A stretch of 63,748 nt of DNA, filler included, from Octopus bimaculoides (Eukaryota): assembly GCF_001194135.2 (NCBI RefSeq). It is 4 parts of 4 records of this genome, joined end to end, with 100 filler letters (N's around TTAATTAATTAA, not from the genome) between each part and the next. Parts side by side here need not be neighbours in the genome. Positions count along the whole stretch, not along the records: positions 23,436 to 30,002 come from NC_068985.1; positions 30,103 to 32,048 come from NC_068986.1; positions 32,149 to 63,748 come from NC_068982.1; 1 more part is not named here. One strand, written 5' to 3'. How positions within the stretch are numbered: the first letter of the stretch is position 1; each line of letters starts with the position of its first letter. Below are positions 24,538 to 37,085 of this stretch, in pieces. The notes beneath the pieces were generated by a model, which searched no databases, was not told the DNA's origin, and was given only the letters and a program-made list of their open reading frames with translations. Made by a program: the position numbers and the translations under genes.

Positions 24538-25778
24538 CAGGGTGAACCAAAAGTAACGAAGGGGTTTGAATGTTTAGCAATTCCTTTATTTTTTGTTTTA
24601 AATTTACAATACTGTAGTATCATGTACAGTCATCATTGTCACCATCATTTAATGTCCACTTTCCATGCTAGCATGGGTTGGATGGTTTGATTGAGGGCTG
24701 GCGAGCTAGGAGGCAGCACAAGGCTCCAATCTGATCTGCCCTTCCTAACGCCAACTACTCTGAGAGTGACATGGGGGCCAGTCAGGTGGCACTGGCATCG
24801 ACCATGCTTGAATGGTGCCACCAGCACAGATGCCAGTCAGGTAGCTTGGCATCAGACACAACTTCTCAAGCACAGCATATTGCCCGACAATTGAAGGGTA
24901 CTTTTAAATGGGCCAGTTATGCGACACTGGCATCAGCCACGGCTACAATCTCACTTGGCTTGCTGGGTCTTCTCAAGCACAGTATTTCTCCAAAAGACTC
25001 AGTTGCTTGTCATTGCCTCTGTGAGGCCCAACATTGAAAGGTTGTGCATCACAACCTCATCCCATGTCTTCCTAGGTCTACCTCTTCCATAGGTTCCTGC
25101 CGTAGTTAAGGTGTGACACTTCTTCACACAGCTGTCCTCATCCATATGCAACACATGACCATACCAGCGCAGTCGTCTCTCTTGCACACCACATCTGATG
25201 CTTGTTATGTCCAACTTTTCTCTCAAGGTACTTACACTCTGTCATGTATGCACACTGACATTACACATCCAGCAGAGCATACTAGCTTCATTTCTTTCAA
25301 GTCTACGCATGTCCTCAGCAGTCACAGCCCATGTCTCACTGCCATGTAGCTTGGCTGTTCACACACATGCATCATACAGTCTACCTTTCACTCTGAGCGA
25401 GAAAGTAAATTTACACTACATAACATTGCAGGGTCCCCATCATCGTTTTTGAAAAACAAGGTCTGGTCTCTTCTTTTGACATTACCTCACAGTAGACAGT
25501 GCACTTAAGGAGATGCACTTCTTTTTGGTGAATTGCCCTAGGATTTTCCAAACTTTATATCATTCACAACGTAATGGCAACAATATGCTTGTTGAGTTAG
25601 AATTTTGATCTTTGGTTTTAGTAGTAAAATTTCATAATTGCTGTTTGGTTGTGAACTTTTCTATGGTTAAACTCCAAGGTCTTCTTTATAAGATCTGTAA
25701 AAAGATAAAAGAAATTAATTTTCAAAGCAAAAAGGTTATTAAGTATTGCAACCCCTTTGTGACTTTTGGCCCATGCTG
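24538..25778. mobile_element. Non-autonomous Tc1/mariner element interrupted by an RTE LINE
   Basis: Left TIR cagggtgaaccaaaagtaacgaaggggtt; right TIR (revcomp) cagcatgggccaaaagtcacaaaggggtt. TA flanks at 24536-37 and 25779-80. Confidence 0.7.
24631..25403 (-). mobile_element. 5'-truncated RTE-clade LINE
   Basis: LREKLDITSIRCGVQERRLRWYGHVLHMDEDSCVKKC...GRGRPRKTWDEVV. 3' UTR ends caacccatgctagcatggaaagtggacattaaa followed by a (GAT)n-like tail. Confidence 0.9.
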
Positions 25779-26016
25779 TACAGTCAGCTACTCTTCCAGT
25801 CACCAACTATTTACTGTTTTTCAAGTTAGGTATTTTGATTCCATTAGTTCCTCACATATTAAAACCAACAAGGCCTGAAAAAATGGAATTTTTGTTTTGC
25901 TGCAGAATGTAAACAATGTCACTGTTTTGATTGAATGGAGTTAATGGGGACTTGTGGCAACATTTAAAACCCTTCCTCCATATATATAAACATATGTACA
26001 TATATACATATATATG

Positions 26017-26178
26017 ACAGGCTTCTTTCAGTTTTCATCTACCAAATCCACTCACAAGGCTTTGGTCGGCCCGAGGCTATAGTAGAAGACACTTGCCCAA
26101 GATGCCATGAAGTGGGACTGAACCCGGGACTATGTGGTTGGTAAGCAAGCTACTTACCACACAGCCACTCCTATGCCT
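26017..26178 (-). mobile_element. tRNA-derived SINE family B, 5' half
   Basis: Revcomp aggcataggagtggctgtgtggtaag (A box)...ccgggttcagtccc (B box)...gaaagaagcctgtc, followed by a TA-rich run. Confidence 0.9.
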
Positions 26179-26557
26179 ATATATATATATATANNNNNNN
26201 NNNNNNNNNNNNNNNNNNNNNNNNNNNNNNNNNNNNNNNNNNNNNNNNNNNNNNNNNNNNNNNNNNNNNNNNNNNNNNNNNNNNNNNNNNNNNNNNNNNN
26301 NNNNNNNNNNNNNNNNNNNNNNNNNNNNNNNNNNNNNNNNNNNNNNNNNNNNNNNNNNNNNNNNNNNNNNNNNNNNNNNNNNNNNNNNNNNNNNNNNNNN
26401 NNNNNNNNNNNNNNNNNNNNNNNNNNNNNNNNNNNNNNNNNNNNNNNNNNNNNNNNNNNNNNNNNNNNNNNNNNNNNNNNNNNNNNNNNNNNNNNNNNNN
26501 NNNNNNNNNNNNNNNNNNNNNNNNNNNNNNNNNNNNNNNNNNNNNNNNNNTCCTATG

Positions 26558-26592
<35 letters not shown>

Positions 26593-26827
26593 CCCAGATA
26601 ATATCCAGAGATTCTCTATACAGAAGACACTTAGTGCTCAAAGGATGCAAACTTAGACTCTGATGTCTTACAGGGGACCGTTCTAAAAGGTAAAGAAAAG
26701 GTTATAAGAGGGATCAAGTTGAGCGGATATAGAAGTAATTTTGTGGATAAGCAGATTAGACACATCAAATATATTAAATATATTAAATACATCAAATATA
26801 AAATATGTACATATGTATACATGCAAA

Positions 26828-27066
26828 ATGAGAGAAAGCAAAAGGTGGAAACTTTCAGATGATGAATTTTTATGTATAAATATATAGATATTAACAGGTC
26901 TAACTTACACAGAGCACAGCCGATAGAGAAAATTAATGGGGTGGAAAAAAGGTGCTAATTTTCTCTGTCATTTGTACTCTGTGTAAGTTGGACCTATTAA
27001 TATAAATATCTATATATTTATACATAAAAATTCATCTGAACGTTTTCACCTTTTCCTTTCTCTCAT
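26828..27066. repeat. Fold-back element: about 110-bp imperfect inverted arms, 20-nt loop
   Basis: Arms 26828-26935 and 26956-27066 align at roughly 88% identity with two small indels (aligned by eye). Confidence 0.9.
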
Positions 27067-27386
27067 ATACTGTTATGGGAGAATCCTGAACATCCCTCTG
27101 TGACTGAAGGTGGACTAACCAATTACAATAAATAAGAACTGAGTGAACTGTCAAGGAGAGAGTTGACTGTCTTAGTTCAACTGTGTTGGTTAACCGTGTT
27201 AGTTCAATGTGTGTTGATTTAAGAGTCGGTAGTTGAACAGTGAACACTGAACATCGACCTGTGGTCTAGTGCATTCTGTATTAACATATATTTCTGCGAT
27301 TGGCTATTTTTAGATAACCACAACCAACTATTTGTTTGTGTAATACCATTTTACACCAAGCATGTATACATACATCATAACAGATA

Positions 27387-28647
27387 TCAGGTCAGACCAT
27401 AAGTTCTGTTTGATTTTACCTTTTTTTAGAATTGAATGAAATTTAATAGTATTTTAGAATGTCTAATGGAATTAAAAATTATTTTTATGCATATGTGTAT
27501 ATTTAAACTAATTAAGTATTATTTTACAGAATAATAGAATTAAAATTTCTTTGATTAAAACCTTTTCTAACATGGAAGTAACCAAAGAGCATTTGAGGCA
27601 CATAATGCTTTATGAGTACAAAAAAGGAAATGCTGCAGCCGAAGTGACTCGAAACATACACTCAGTTTATGGGAAAGAATGCTTGAATGAAAGAACTTGC
27701 AGAAGATGGTTTGCAAAATTCAGAAGTGGAGATTTCAGGCTTGAAGATGAAGATCGAACAGGACTTCCAGATGAGTTTGATGATAAGCTCCTTGAGGCGT
27801 TACTTGACGAAAATCCTGCATTATCAGTTGAAGAATTGGCAATAAAGCTTAGTTCAAACCATACAACTGTTCATCGTCATCTTGAACAACTTGGAAAATG
27901 GGTGCCTTATGAATTGTCCAAAAGCAACCACAAATCCTGAGTTGACATCTGCTCTTCTCTCCATTCTCGTGAACTCATTTCACCCTTTTTGGATAGACTT
28001 GAGACTGGTGACGAAAAATGGATCTTCTATTGAAATGTTAAACGTTGTAAACAGTGGCTTGGTAAAAGCTCAACCACAACTGAGAAGGGAACTTCATGGG
28101 AAAAAGGTTCTTCTCTCTATCTGGTGGGATTGCAAAAGAGTAATTCACTTTGAATTGTTACCACCTAATGCAACAATCAATGCTCAAGTTTACTGTCAGC
28201 AATTAGAGCATTTGAACCAAGCTTTGATGAAAAAGATCCGCTTTAGTGAATCGAAAAGGAATGATGTTTCATCAGGACAATGTGCGGCCTCACACTGCAA
28301 AGATCACATCACAGAAAATCGAAGAGCTTGGTTGGGAAAAAATTCCTCATCCACCTTCTTCTCCTGACCTTGCTCCTTCAGACTACCATTTGTTTCATAG
28401 TTTACAGAATCATTTGGGGGACATAACTTTCGCAAGCCAGGAGGAGGTCAAAATTGACATTTCAGAGTTCTTCGCTTTGAATCCAAAAGAGTTTTACATT
28501 GATGGGATTAAAAAGCTTGTAAATAGATGGAAGGAAGTCATAGATAATCAGGGAAAGTACATTGATGATTAAATTTCAATTAAATATAACATCTGGTCAC
28601 TTGTTTACTTTATTCAAAATTCGGACAGAACTTATAGGATGACCTGA
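27387..28647 (+). mobile_element. Full-length mariner transposon (1261 bp), inactive
   Basis: TIRs tcaggtcagaccataagttctgt and tcaggtcatcctataagttctgt; TA duplication at 27385-86 and 28648-49; contains a transposase pseudogene. Confidence 0.95.
27572..28572 (+). pseudogene. Mariner D,D34D transposase pseudogene
   Basis: MEVTKEHLRHIMLYEYKKG..., WVPYEL, TGDEKW, HQDNVRPH, SPDLAPSDYHLF (34 residues between the 2nd and 3rd D). Broken by stops and frameshifts across three ORF-track entries. Confidence 0.95.
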
Positions 28648-28740
28648 TACATATTCTGTATTTGATGTATTTAATATATTTGATGTGTCTAATCTGGTTA
28701 TCTGCATAATTGACTATATATGTATGTCATATGTATGCAT

Positions 28741-29528
28741 GTATGTCATTATTCAGTTTTATTTCAAGATTTCTTGCCAATAGAGATCAGCTAGTTTCTA
28801 ACCTAAATCCAAGGCTCCTTCATTGGAATTTCAACAACCTCAGCAGGGTATTTTTGTATGTATGTATATGTGCAGATTTGTACATTTTGTTTTATGTGTC
28901 TATTCTCATGCATATACTTGCATATCTAGACATGCTCATCTGCTTAACTGAAAACTTCTGGGAAGTTTAATAAATTTTTACAGTTCCAGTGATAGATTGG
29001 ATCTGTAGTCTTCGAATCAGCTTTCCTCTTTCTAGTTTTGAGAAACCTAATTTCTCAAGAATGGTATGTAGGCAGTGTGTTACATATCCCAGTGCACCAA
29101 TAATTACAGGTATAAACCNNNNNNNNNNGTATGTATGTCATTATTCACTTTTATTTCAAGATTTCTTGCCAATAGAGATCAGCCAGTTTCTAACCTAGAT
29201 CCAAGGCTCCTTCATAGGAATTTCAACATCAACAACAGGGTATTTTTGTTTGTATGTATGTATGTATGTATGTATGTATGTATGTATGTATGTATGTATG
29301 CATGCATGTATGTATATATGTATGTATGTATGTATACATGTAGATTTGTATGTTTTGTTTTATGAATGTCTTCTCATGCATATACTTGCATATCTGAACA
29401 TGTTCATATATACTTAAATTATAAACTTCTAGAAAGTTTTACAGATTTTTGCAGTTCCAGTGATGGATTGGATTCGTAGTCTTTGAATCAGCTTTCCCCT
29501 TTCCGATTTTGAGAAGCATAATTTCTCA
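28741..29528. repeat. Tandem pair of about 320-400 bp repeat units (28741-29057; 29133-29528)
   Basis: Both begin gtatgtcattattca.ttttatttcaagatttcttgccaatagagatcag and end aatttctca. Copy 2 carries an expanded (TATG)n. Confidence 0.85.
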
Positions 29529-29747
29529 TGTATGTGTGTGTATATGTATGTATGCATGTATGTATGCATGCACACACACATGCACGTAGTTATGGAGTCA
29601 GTGCAGATTTCCGATGCAGCGAATATATATTTGTTAAAGACGACAACAAACATTAAGGCAAGGCAAATATCTCAACTCGTTTGCCTTGCCCTAACATTTG
29701 TTGTCCTCTTTGACAATTATATATGTATATACATATATGTGTATGTA

Positions 29748-29785
<38 letters not shown>

Positions 29786-29932
29786 CATGTGTGAATGTGT
29801 GTATTTGTGTATATATATATATATATGTGTGTGTATGTATATATATATGTGTGTGTATGTATATATATATGTGTGTGTGTATATATGTGTATATATATAT
29901 ACATATTTGTGTATATATATATACATATTTGA

Positions 29933-29970
<38 letters not shown>

Positions 29971-30002
29971 GCATGTATTTATATATGTATATGTGTGTGT
30001 GT

Positions 30003-30102
30003 NNNNNNNNNNNNNNNNNNNNNNNNNNNNNNNNNNNNNNNNNNNNTTAATTAATTAANNNNNNNNNNNNNNNNNNNNNNNNNNNNNNNNNNNNNNNNNN
30101 NN
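30003..30102. other. Artificial scaffold linker 44N-TTAATTAATTAA-44N
   Basis: Same 100-bp construct. Confidence 0.95.
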
Positions 30103-30160
30103 CTCTCTATCTATCTATCTATCTATTTTTCTCTCCATCGCTCTCTCTATTTCTCTCTCA

Positions 30161-30213
<53 letters not shown>

Positions 30214-30442
30214 TTTTCTCTCTCTCGCTCTCTCTATTTCTCTCTCTACCTCTCATTCTATCTACTTTCTCGGCCTCTCTCTTTCGCTTCGTTCTCTTTT
30301 ATCCCCTCTCATTCTATAAGTTCTTTTTTCGTCGCTTTTAATTTCTTTCTTGATTTTTTTTTATGCCCCACCCCTATCCGATCCAAGATTCTCTTTCTTT
30401 TCATTTTTCTCTTCTCGAATCCGTATACTCACGAACACAACA

Positions 30443-30483
<41 letters not shown>

Positions 30484-30535
30484 NNNNNNNNNNNNNNNNN
30501 NNNNNNNNNNNNNNNNNNNNNNNNNNNNNNNNNNN

Positions 30536-30580
<45 letters not shown>

Positions 30581-30654
30581 TTATCTATATCTGTATACAC
30601 ACAAGGACACACACACACAAAAACGAAAGAAGGAATGCAATGGTCGATGGTCAT

Positions 30655-30759
30655 GACTATGATGATGATGATGATGAGGAGGAGGAGGAGGAGGAGGAGG
30701 AGGATGAATACGACGATGATGACGATGACGATGATGATGATAACAATGATGGTGATGTC

Positions 30760-30791
<32 letters not shown>

Positions 30792-30820
30792 GGAGGAGGA
30801 GGAGGAGGAGGAGGAGGTAG
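30655..30820. repeat. (GAT)/(GAG) triplet microsatellite
   Basis: Directly visible. Confidence 0.95.
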
Positions 30821-31071
30821 AAAAAGAGCAATGGGGTAAGAGGGAAACAAAGTGATGACAATGATGAAGGGTTTTATTTACTGCCAAGAGGGAAAAAGAA
30901 GAAGAACAGCAACAATAACAACACCAACAATAAGCAACAAACGAAACAACGACAGCGATGATGACAACGACGACGACGACAAGAAGAACAACTACAACCA
31001 ACGCAACATGAACAATCTGAGAACTTCGACAAATAAAATGTACTAATTGTAGTGTTGTCGGTAAATTGAAA

Positions 31072-31102
<31 letters not shown>

Positions 31103-31773
31103 ACGCAAATAAATATACAAAAAATTAACAATAGCCGCAAACAAATAGATATATAAATAACTAACATAAGGAGAACAAAAAAATAATGTAATAAAGTCAA
31201 GTGAGAAAATGGTGGCCGTGATAAGGTTGCAGCAATTGGTGAGAACGAGGCTAGGTTTGGAGAGTGGAGAGAGTATAAGAGATGGAGGTGAGAGAGAAAG
31301 AGAAATGGTGGAAACTGAAGAGCGGGGTTGGGAGAGGAAGAGAAAGTTTAGGGAGTAAAGCAGAGAGAAAGAGAATGAAGGGGTTATAGTAGAATACAGT
31401 AAGGGGAGTAGGGAGAAATATTGTTGAACAGGGCGGAACAACGATATCATCCCAATTAGATTATGAAATGAGCTGTAGTGTGGTTTCTGGTTGAATAGAG
31501 ACCATTGATGCAGTGGTCGATGATGGTAATGGTGGTGTTGGTGATGGGATTGGTGGGTGGTAGAGGTGGTGCCAGTGACGTTGCTTGTGCTGGTAATGAT
31601 GGCGGTGGCTTTGTTATTAGTTGCGTCGGTGGTGACGGCGTCACAATTGTCGGTAGTATTGGTGTTTATCATGATGGTATTGATGGTGGTCGCGGCTTTG
31701 TTGGCAGCGGTGTTGTAAGTAGAGGCTGGGGTGGCGGCTAAGTTGCTAGTGATGATGATAATAGGGATAGTAG

Positions 31774-31828
<55 letters not shown>

Positions 31829-32000
31829 GTCTGTCTATCTATCTTTATATCTTTATAGCTTTATAGCTTTTATCTGCTATACGATGCAATGCACTCATAT
31901 TTGAGTGCCTGTGTGTTATCTTGTACCTCCGTCGGAGCTTTAGAAATAAAATGCAATTGTACTGGGGAAAACATGTGTAGCAAAAGCTACACTACACACA

Positions 32001-32048
<48 letters not shown>

Positions 32049-32148
32049 NNNNNNNNNNNNNNNNNNNNNNNNNNNNNNNNNNNNNNNNNNNNTTAATTAA
32101 TTAANNNNNNNNNNNNNNNNNNNNNNNNNNNNNNNNNNNNNNNNNNNN
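32049..32148. other. Artificial scaffold linker 44N-TTAATTAATTAA-44N
   Basis: Same 100-bp construct. Confidence 0.95.
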
Positions 32149-32207
<59 letters not shown>

Positions 32208-33329
32208 ATGTATGTATGTATGCAACGACAAAGGTAGGGAGAAGACAGAGAGTAAAAGAAAAAAAAGAAGATAAAAATAATGAAGTTAAAAATAGAACGC
32301 TAGTGAATTTATGAAGTTTGTTTGAATTCTGCTTGGGGTAAAAATATCTGATTGTGATTCAGCAACATTCTTCTTTCATCATTTTCTTTTATGTATTTAT
32401 TTATTTTTTATAATATGTTTGGGTTTCAATTTTCTTCTGTTTGTGGTTGATGTTGGTCTAAATTTTATATAGTCGTACTTGACTTGCCAAAGGGAAGTAA
32501 CTCTTTTTTTTTTAATTTGTCGGCTGGTATATTTGATGTCTGTGGTGTTAGCGTTGTAAGTGGTGGAGAATATTCAGAGGAGAGATACTGCAAACGATTG
32601 GTTACGGTGCTGGTCTGACGTAAGTGAGCAGAATGTGAGTATTGGTGTTAGGTGACAGGAGTGGTAGAACGAGGAGGGGGGCGGAAGAAAGCATAGGAAA
32701 GAAAGAGAATAGGGGAAAAAGAGAGAGAAAAATCAGAAGAGAGAAAAATCAGAAGAGAAAGCAAAAAATATAAAAACGAAATAATAAAGTAAAAAAATAA
32801 ATACAAAGGAAAAAATCGATACAGAGAAATAAGAAAGAGATTTTTGCATATTTACTTGTTTTATTCTTTTAAACATACTTTTCACTCGTGAAAGTAAGGA
32901 ATGATTATTGACTATAAATATTAATGATTCCTTACGTTTATTTACTTATAATGGAAATAAGCGAAATGAGAATGCATGATATTCATGCCTTTTCAAATTT
33001 GTTAGTGACGTAAATAAACTGAAATGGATGCAGATTGGAAATGTAATATAATTCTATAGAAACACTCAGCTTACAAGAAATCCGAACATAATTTAATGAC
33101 TTTTGTCCGTTGCAGCACCTCATGGAAAGAATGAAATAATACTAAACTAACCGAAATACTCTAACCAGGAATCAAATCTATTTGTGTGTGGAGGAATTTA
33201 AAAACCAGTTTGATCAACCCCAGTACATTACAGTTATGTTAAATTGTAAAATCTTGCCTCGAGCCTACAATCATACTAGGCCAGAGCTTATCCTTGTTTC
33301 TTCGATGTTTAAGCTACTGAGAGTGCAAC

Positions 33330-33503
33330 ACTTCTCTCCACTGACCAGTTCGTTGCAGGTGTCACCAACATTCATTTTCAGCTTAGTGAACTGGGACAAC
33401 ATGAATCGCTGTACCTTGCTTGAAGATACACGACACGCCACAGGAATCGAACAAACGATGTAATGATCGTGTTCCAAACACCCAAGTCACTGAGCCATAT
33501 TCC
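33330..33503 (-). mobile_element. Old tRNA-derived SINE (family C-like head and central domain)
   Basis: Revcomp atggctcagtgacttggg...gttcgattcctg...ttcaagcaaggtaca...tcccagttcactaagctg. Confidence 0.55.
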
Positions 33504-34899
33504 TGTTGTGGATTCGAGGCAACGAGTAATTATGTACACTGTCATTTGCATTTTCTACAAAGGCGAACCACATTTCTCTGAGATCACAATAAATTGTTTA
33601 AAAAAAAAACGACTCAATAGAAAATATACTTCTAGACATAATTTACCGGAAGAAGATGCATTTAGCATTGCTGAATTTCCCTTGATTATGGGCGTCCTGT
33701 TTATGAGCTGAACAGGGGTTAAACAACAAAAGTAACAGTTGCAAATAATACACATTTGATCAGCTTCGGAATTAATTTCGTGAATTATTTAAAATCTGAG
33801 ATATTCTCATCTGAATCATCACCAACATCATCAGCATCATCATCATAACAACAACAGTCATCTTCAAAATCATTCTCATTATTCCTCCTCATCTTTACCA
33901 TCCCAACATAATTTTAATATCGAAATTTCTATGCAGGCAAGGATTTGACATTTGCACTACATAACAATCAACACAATCCCTTTGTGATAGCTTTCTTTAT
34001 GAAGCCCAGTATTCTAAAATCAACCCACTCTCCTTTTCATGTTTTCAAAATCTTTCTATACTATGCAGCATGCCTTTCCAGTACAATGCACTTTTTCATG
34101 TAGCACCCTTCTGCGTATAAGAACCGTCACATTTAACACCCTTATATTCTCTAAATCTAACTGTGCTCTATGATTCCTGAAAGATTATATTTTCTCTAAA
34201 AAAGATCAATTTTGATTCATGTAAATTCACAAATACCATGTTTTTAAGACTTACGTGTCTCACTGTTGTGCAGCATTATGCACAATCATTGCTGGCATGC
34301 ATTTCAATATGGTAGGGTATGCCAAGGTAACTAGTCTAGATATCATACGTAAAGATTAGTCAAAATATTTATATTCTCAAAATCCTCTGAATCCCTTCTG
34401 CAGGAAACTTCGTCACGAAGCATGTTAATTTAAAGCTTGATATACTAAGAGAATTAAAAACTAATAGATTTTTCTGTAAACTTCGGAAAATATTTTCTAA
34501 GAATTAAACTCTGTAATAAGTAATAGCAATAAATATGAAACCTTGAGATCATAGATTTAATGGAAGTGGACACTGACACACGTGTGCGAAACTATAAGAA
34601 TATCAAAATCCTTGCTTATAATATAGAAAAGGGTGGGAAATAAACCAAAAAAAAAAAAAAATTGAATACTTAATGAAATCAATAAAAAAAAAACGACAAC
34701 AGCCAGAAAGAAAAGGAATTGCAATTATAGAAATATAACAGAATATTGCTCTCAAGCAAATAACGACTGGAACAAGACATCCTCGACAAAATGAAAAATG
34801 ATAACGAATCTTTGCCACCCAAATCGTTTTAATCAAAAATTAATTAAAAATAGAACAGAAATCCTCCAGCACCAGCAATAAGAAATATGCAATAATTAT

Positions 34900-36880
34900 T
34901 GGCGGTATTATGGAGAGCGAAGGATTCATTAAGACAGTGTAGCATAATTAAGATAACTTCACCAGGAGATAGCAGAATATCTGAAAGGGAGAAAACAGAT
35001 GAAGTGGTGTGAAAACGGGAAAAGTTAAAATTATAAAATTTGGAGCAGGAGAGAGATTGAAGGCATAGCAATAGAAGTGGGTGCCCTTAGATCAGTAACA
35101 ACTAAATTACAAACATTGTTTATGAAATATGGATTTGTGACACGTACAAAACTTCTTTGGAAGACATCCCTATTATAAACAACTTAGGTTCTGAGAAACA
35201 GTTTTGAAATATAAAGGAAGAAAGAAAATCTGATAGCATCTTATTTATTTATCATGACTCATTTTTTCAACACAAATAACCGACATCAGATGGATCTTCC
35301 GAAACGGTAGTTATAATATACTCTATTTTCCAAAAGGATACATTTATACCGAAAATATACATGGCGATCTAAGAAACATGTGGGGTTCACAAACAAGTTA
35401 TATACATAAGAAAAAGAAAAAAAAATCAAGAAGTGAGATAAAGACGTTACACAGCACAAAACGAAACAGACATTGGAAATAGTAGAGTTAATACCTCGAA
35501 ATACATAAGGGAATGTAGAAAAAAAACACAAAATAACTACGATCTGCAGTTCAGATTGACCATATTGGAATTGCTGAGCGTGAAGTAATATCAATTCTGC
35601 AGAACCACAGCCATATCTTCGGTACCACTATGGAGAATGTTGTCTTCATTAATCTGAGATCCAACAGATGAACCGCTTTTTGGCGAATAAGAACACTTTA
35701 GGATTGAGTTTAATTTTCTCAATGGCCCACTTCTCTTCTGCTGTTCTTTGGCCATCGATGATAGTCATCATGCAGTTTTGAAGTTTATGTTTCTTTGACT
35801 CCAGTGAAGAGGTATCTGTCAAACGGAGGAGGGATTTGCAGCCGACAATATTCTAACATGTTGATTTTTCGATTAATTCATTTTCTTTTCTTTGTAAGTG
35901 GTCTTCAGTTTCATGGTAATCTTTAATTAGTTTTACTCATGAACCGTAGTTGAGTGCGGTGTGAACTTATATTTGTGACAATATCCACAAATAGCTGGGT
36001 GGGATGAGAGAGTGTGTGAAAAACTAATCAACGAGTGAAAGATCGTGAGTGATTGCATTTCAGTTAGCATTTTGAAGATCCATGAGGTCGAAAACCTGTG
36101 TTAGAGTGTCATTGTTTGGCGTCACTTTTTGCTGTCTTAATTTTAGTGTAGAACGTGCCATCCAGTGGTTGAAAAGAAAAGTTTCTTTTTGCTGTTATAT
36201 TGTGGGCAGTGCTAGTGTAGTTATTTAGCACTAAGTCCAATATGTTTTTGTTGAATCTCCCTTGAATTTGCTGCTGCTTTGTAAGGGATTGAAACGCACA
36301 GTCCTATTTTCAGAGTATGAATGTATCAGTTAACACAAGGGAAATCGAAGTCACCCATCATTAAGATATTATCAGATTGGAACTGTCGGAAGAAAGACTT
36401 TACGTTTATGGGGCATTTTTTGAAGCACAGTAGTAGAATTTGGGGTAGCCTGTAGAACCCAGATATTACTGGGCTCTTCAAGCATACATTCATGCATGTA
36501 CACAAATATATGTATGCGCATGGGTGTTTGAGGGTATAATCAAAATTCAAATCAACCTTTCTGCTTTCTCTGCCTATTATTGCAAAAAACGTCGGCTCTG
36601 TTTTGAAAGAGCTATGCTCCCTCTTGAATAATATACTGATCACATCTATCTAAATATTTGTTATCGATACAATGTACCTACCATTTCCCAACGAATCACT
36701 TCAAAGTAGTTGTTATTTATGCTATGTATTACCTTTTTATCAAGGATGACGGGTAGTGTACATGAGATTTTATTGTTCATATCTCCGAGAACGGTAGGAG
36801 AAAAGACCTGGCTTGAATGCTTACAAAAGTTAAAATTTCTCTGAGGATATTCAAGGATCAAGTGGTGGTGCTACAGCGTG
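34900..36880 (-). mobile_element. CR1/L2-like LINE ORF2 relic (AP endonuclease plus linker to RT)
   Basis: ISGFYRLP...NILMMGDFDFPCVN matches the APE motifs YRPP and GDFNxP. Downstream EDMAVVLQN and LSDILLSPGEV resemble the pre-RT linker. Confidence 0.6.
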
Positions 36881-37085
36881 AAGTAGAGTAAGTCTTCCAA
36901 CTAAGAAGTTAGAGCATCAAGAGCCGGTAGATTTTTGCAGTCTGTTTTTCGAACAATTCCGAAAATCCATTGTCCCCAAAAGGACGAAGAAGGTAAATGA
37001 CTTTTACTGGATTCGAACTCAAGTAGAGAGTTGGAAAATATAGAGCAAGGCGTTTTGAACTACGTCCTTACAACTCTGCCAATAT
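36870..37085 (-). mobile_element. Diverged SINE, family A-like
   Basis: ccccaaaaggacgaagaaggtaaatgac...ggattcgaactca...acaactctgcc. Confidence 0.5.

Noticed and set aside
26168-26590. tcctatgcct(TA)n repeated on both sides of a gap
   Set aside because: Identical gap flanks indicate an unmerged contig overlap, not a real duplication.
31505-31741. Gly-rich ORF with a hydrophobic N-terminus (suckerin or beak-protein-like appearance)
   Set aside because: It lies in degenerate (GGT)/(GAT) repeat DNA that is open in several frames on both strands, and it lacks the GGY/His-rich modules of those proteins.
32570-32625. Peptide ILQTIGYGAGL resembling a K+ channel TIGYG filter, followed by GTAAGT
   Set aside because: No pore helix or flanking TM context, weak acceptor, and stops close by; likely chance.
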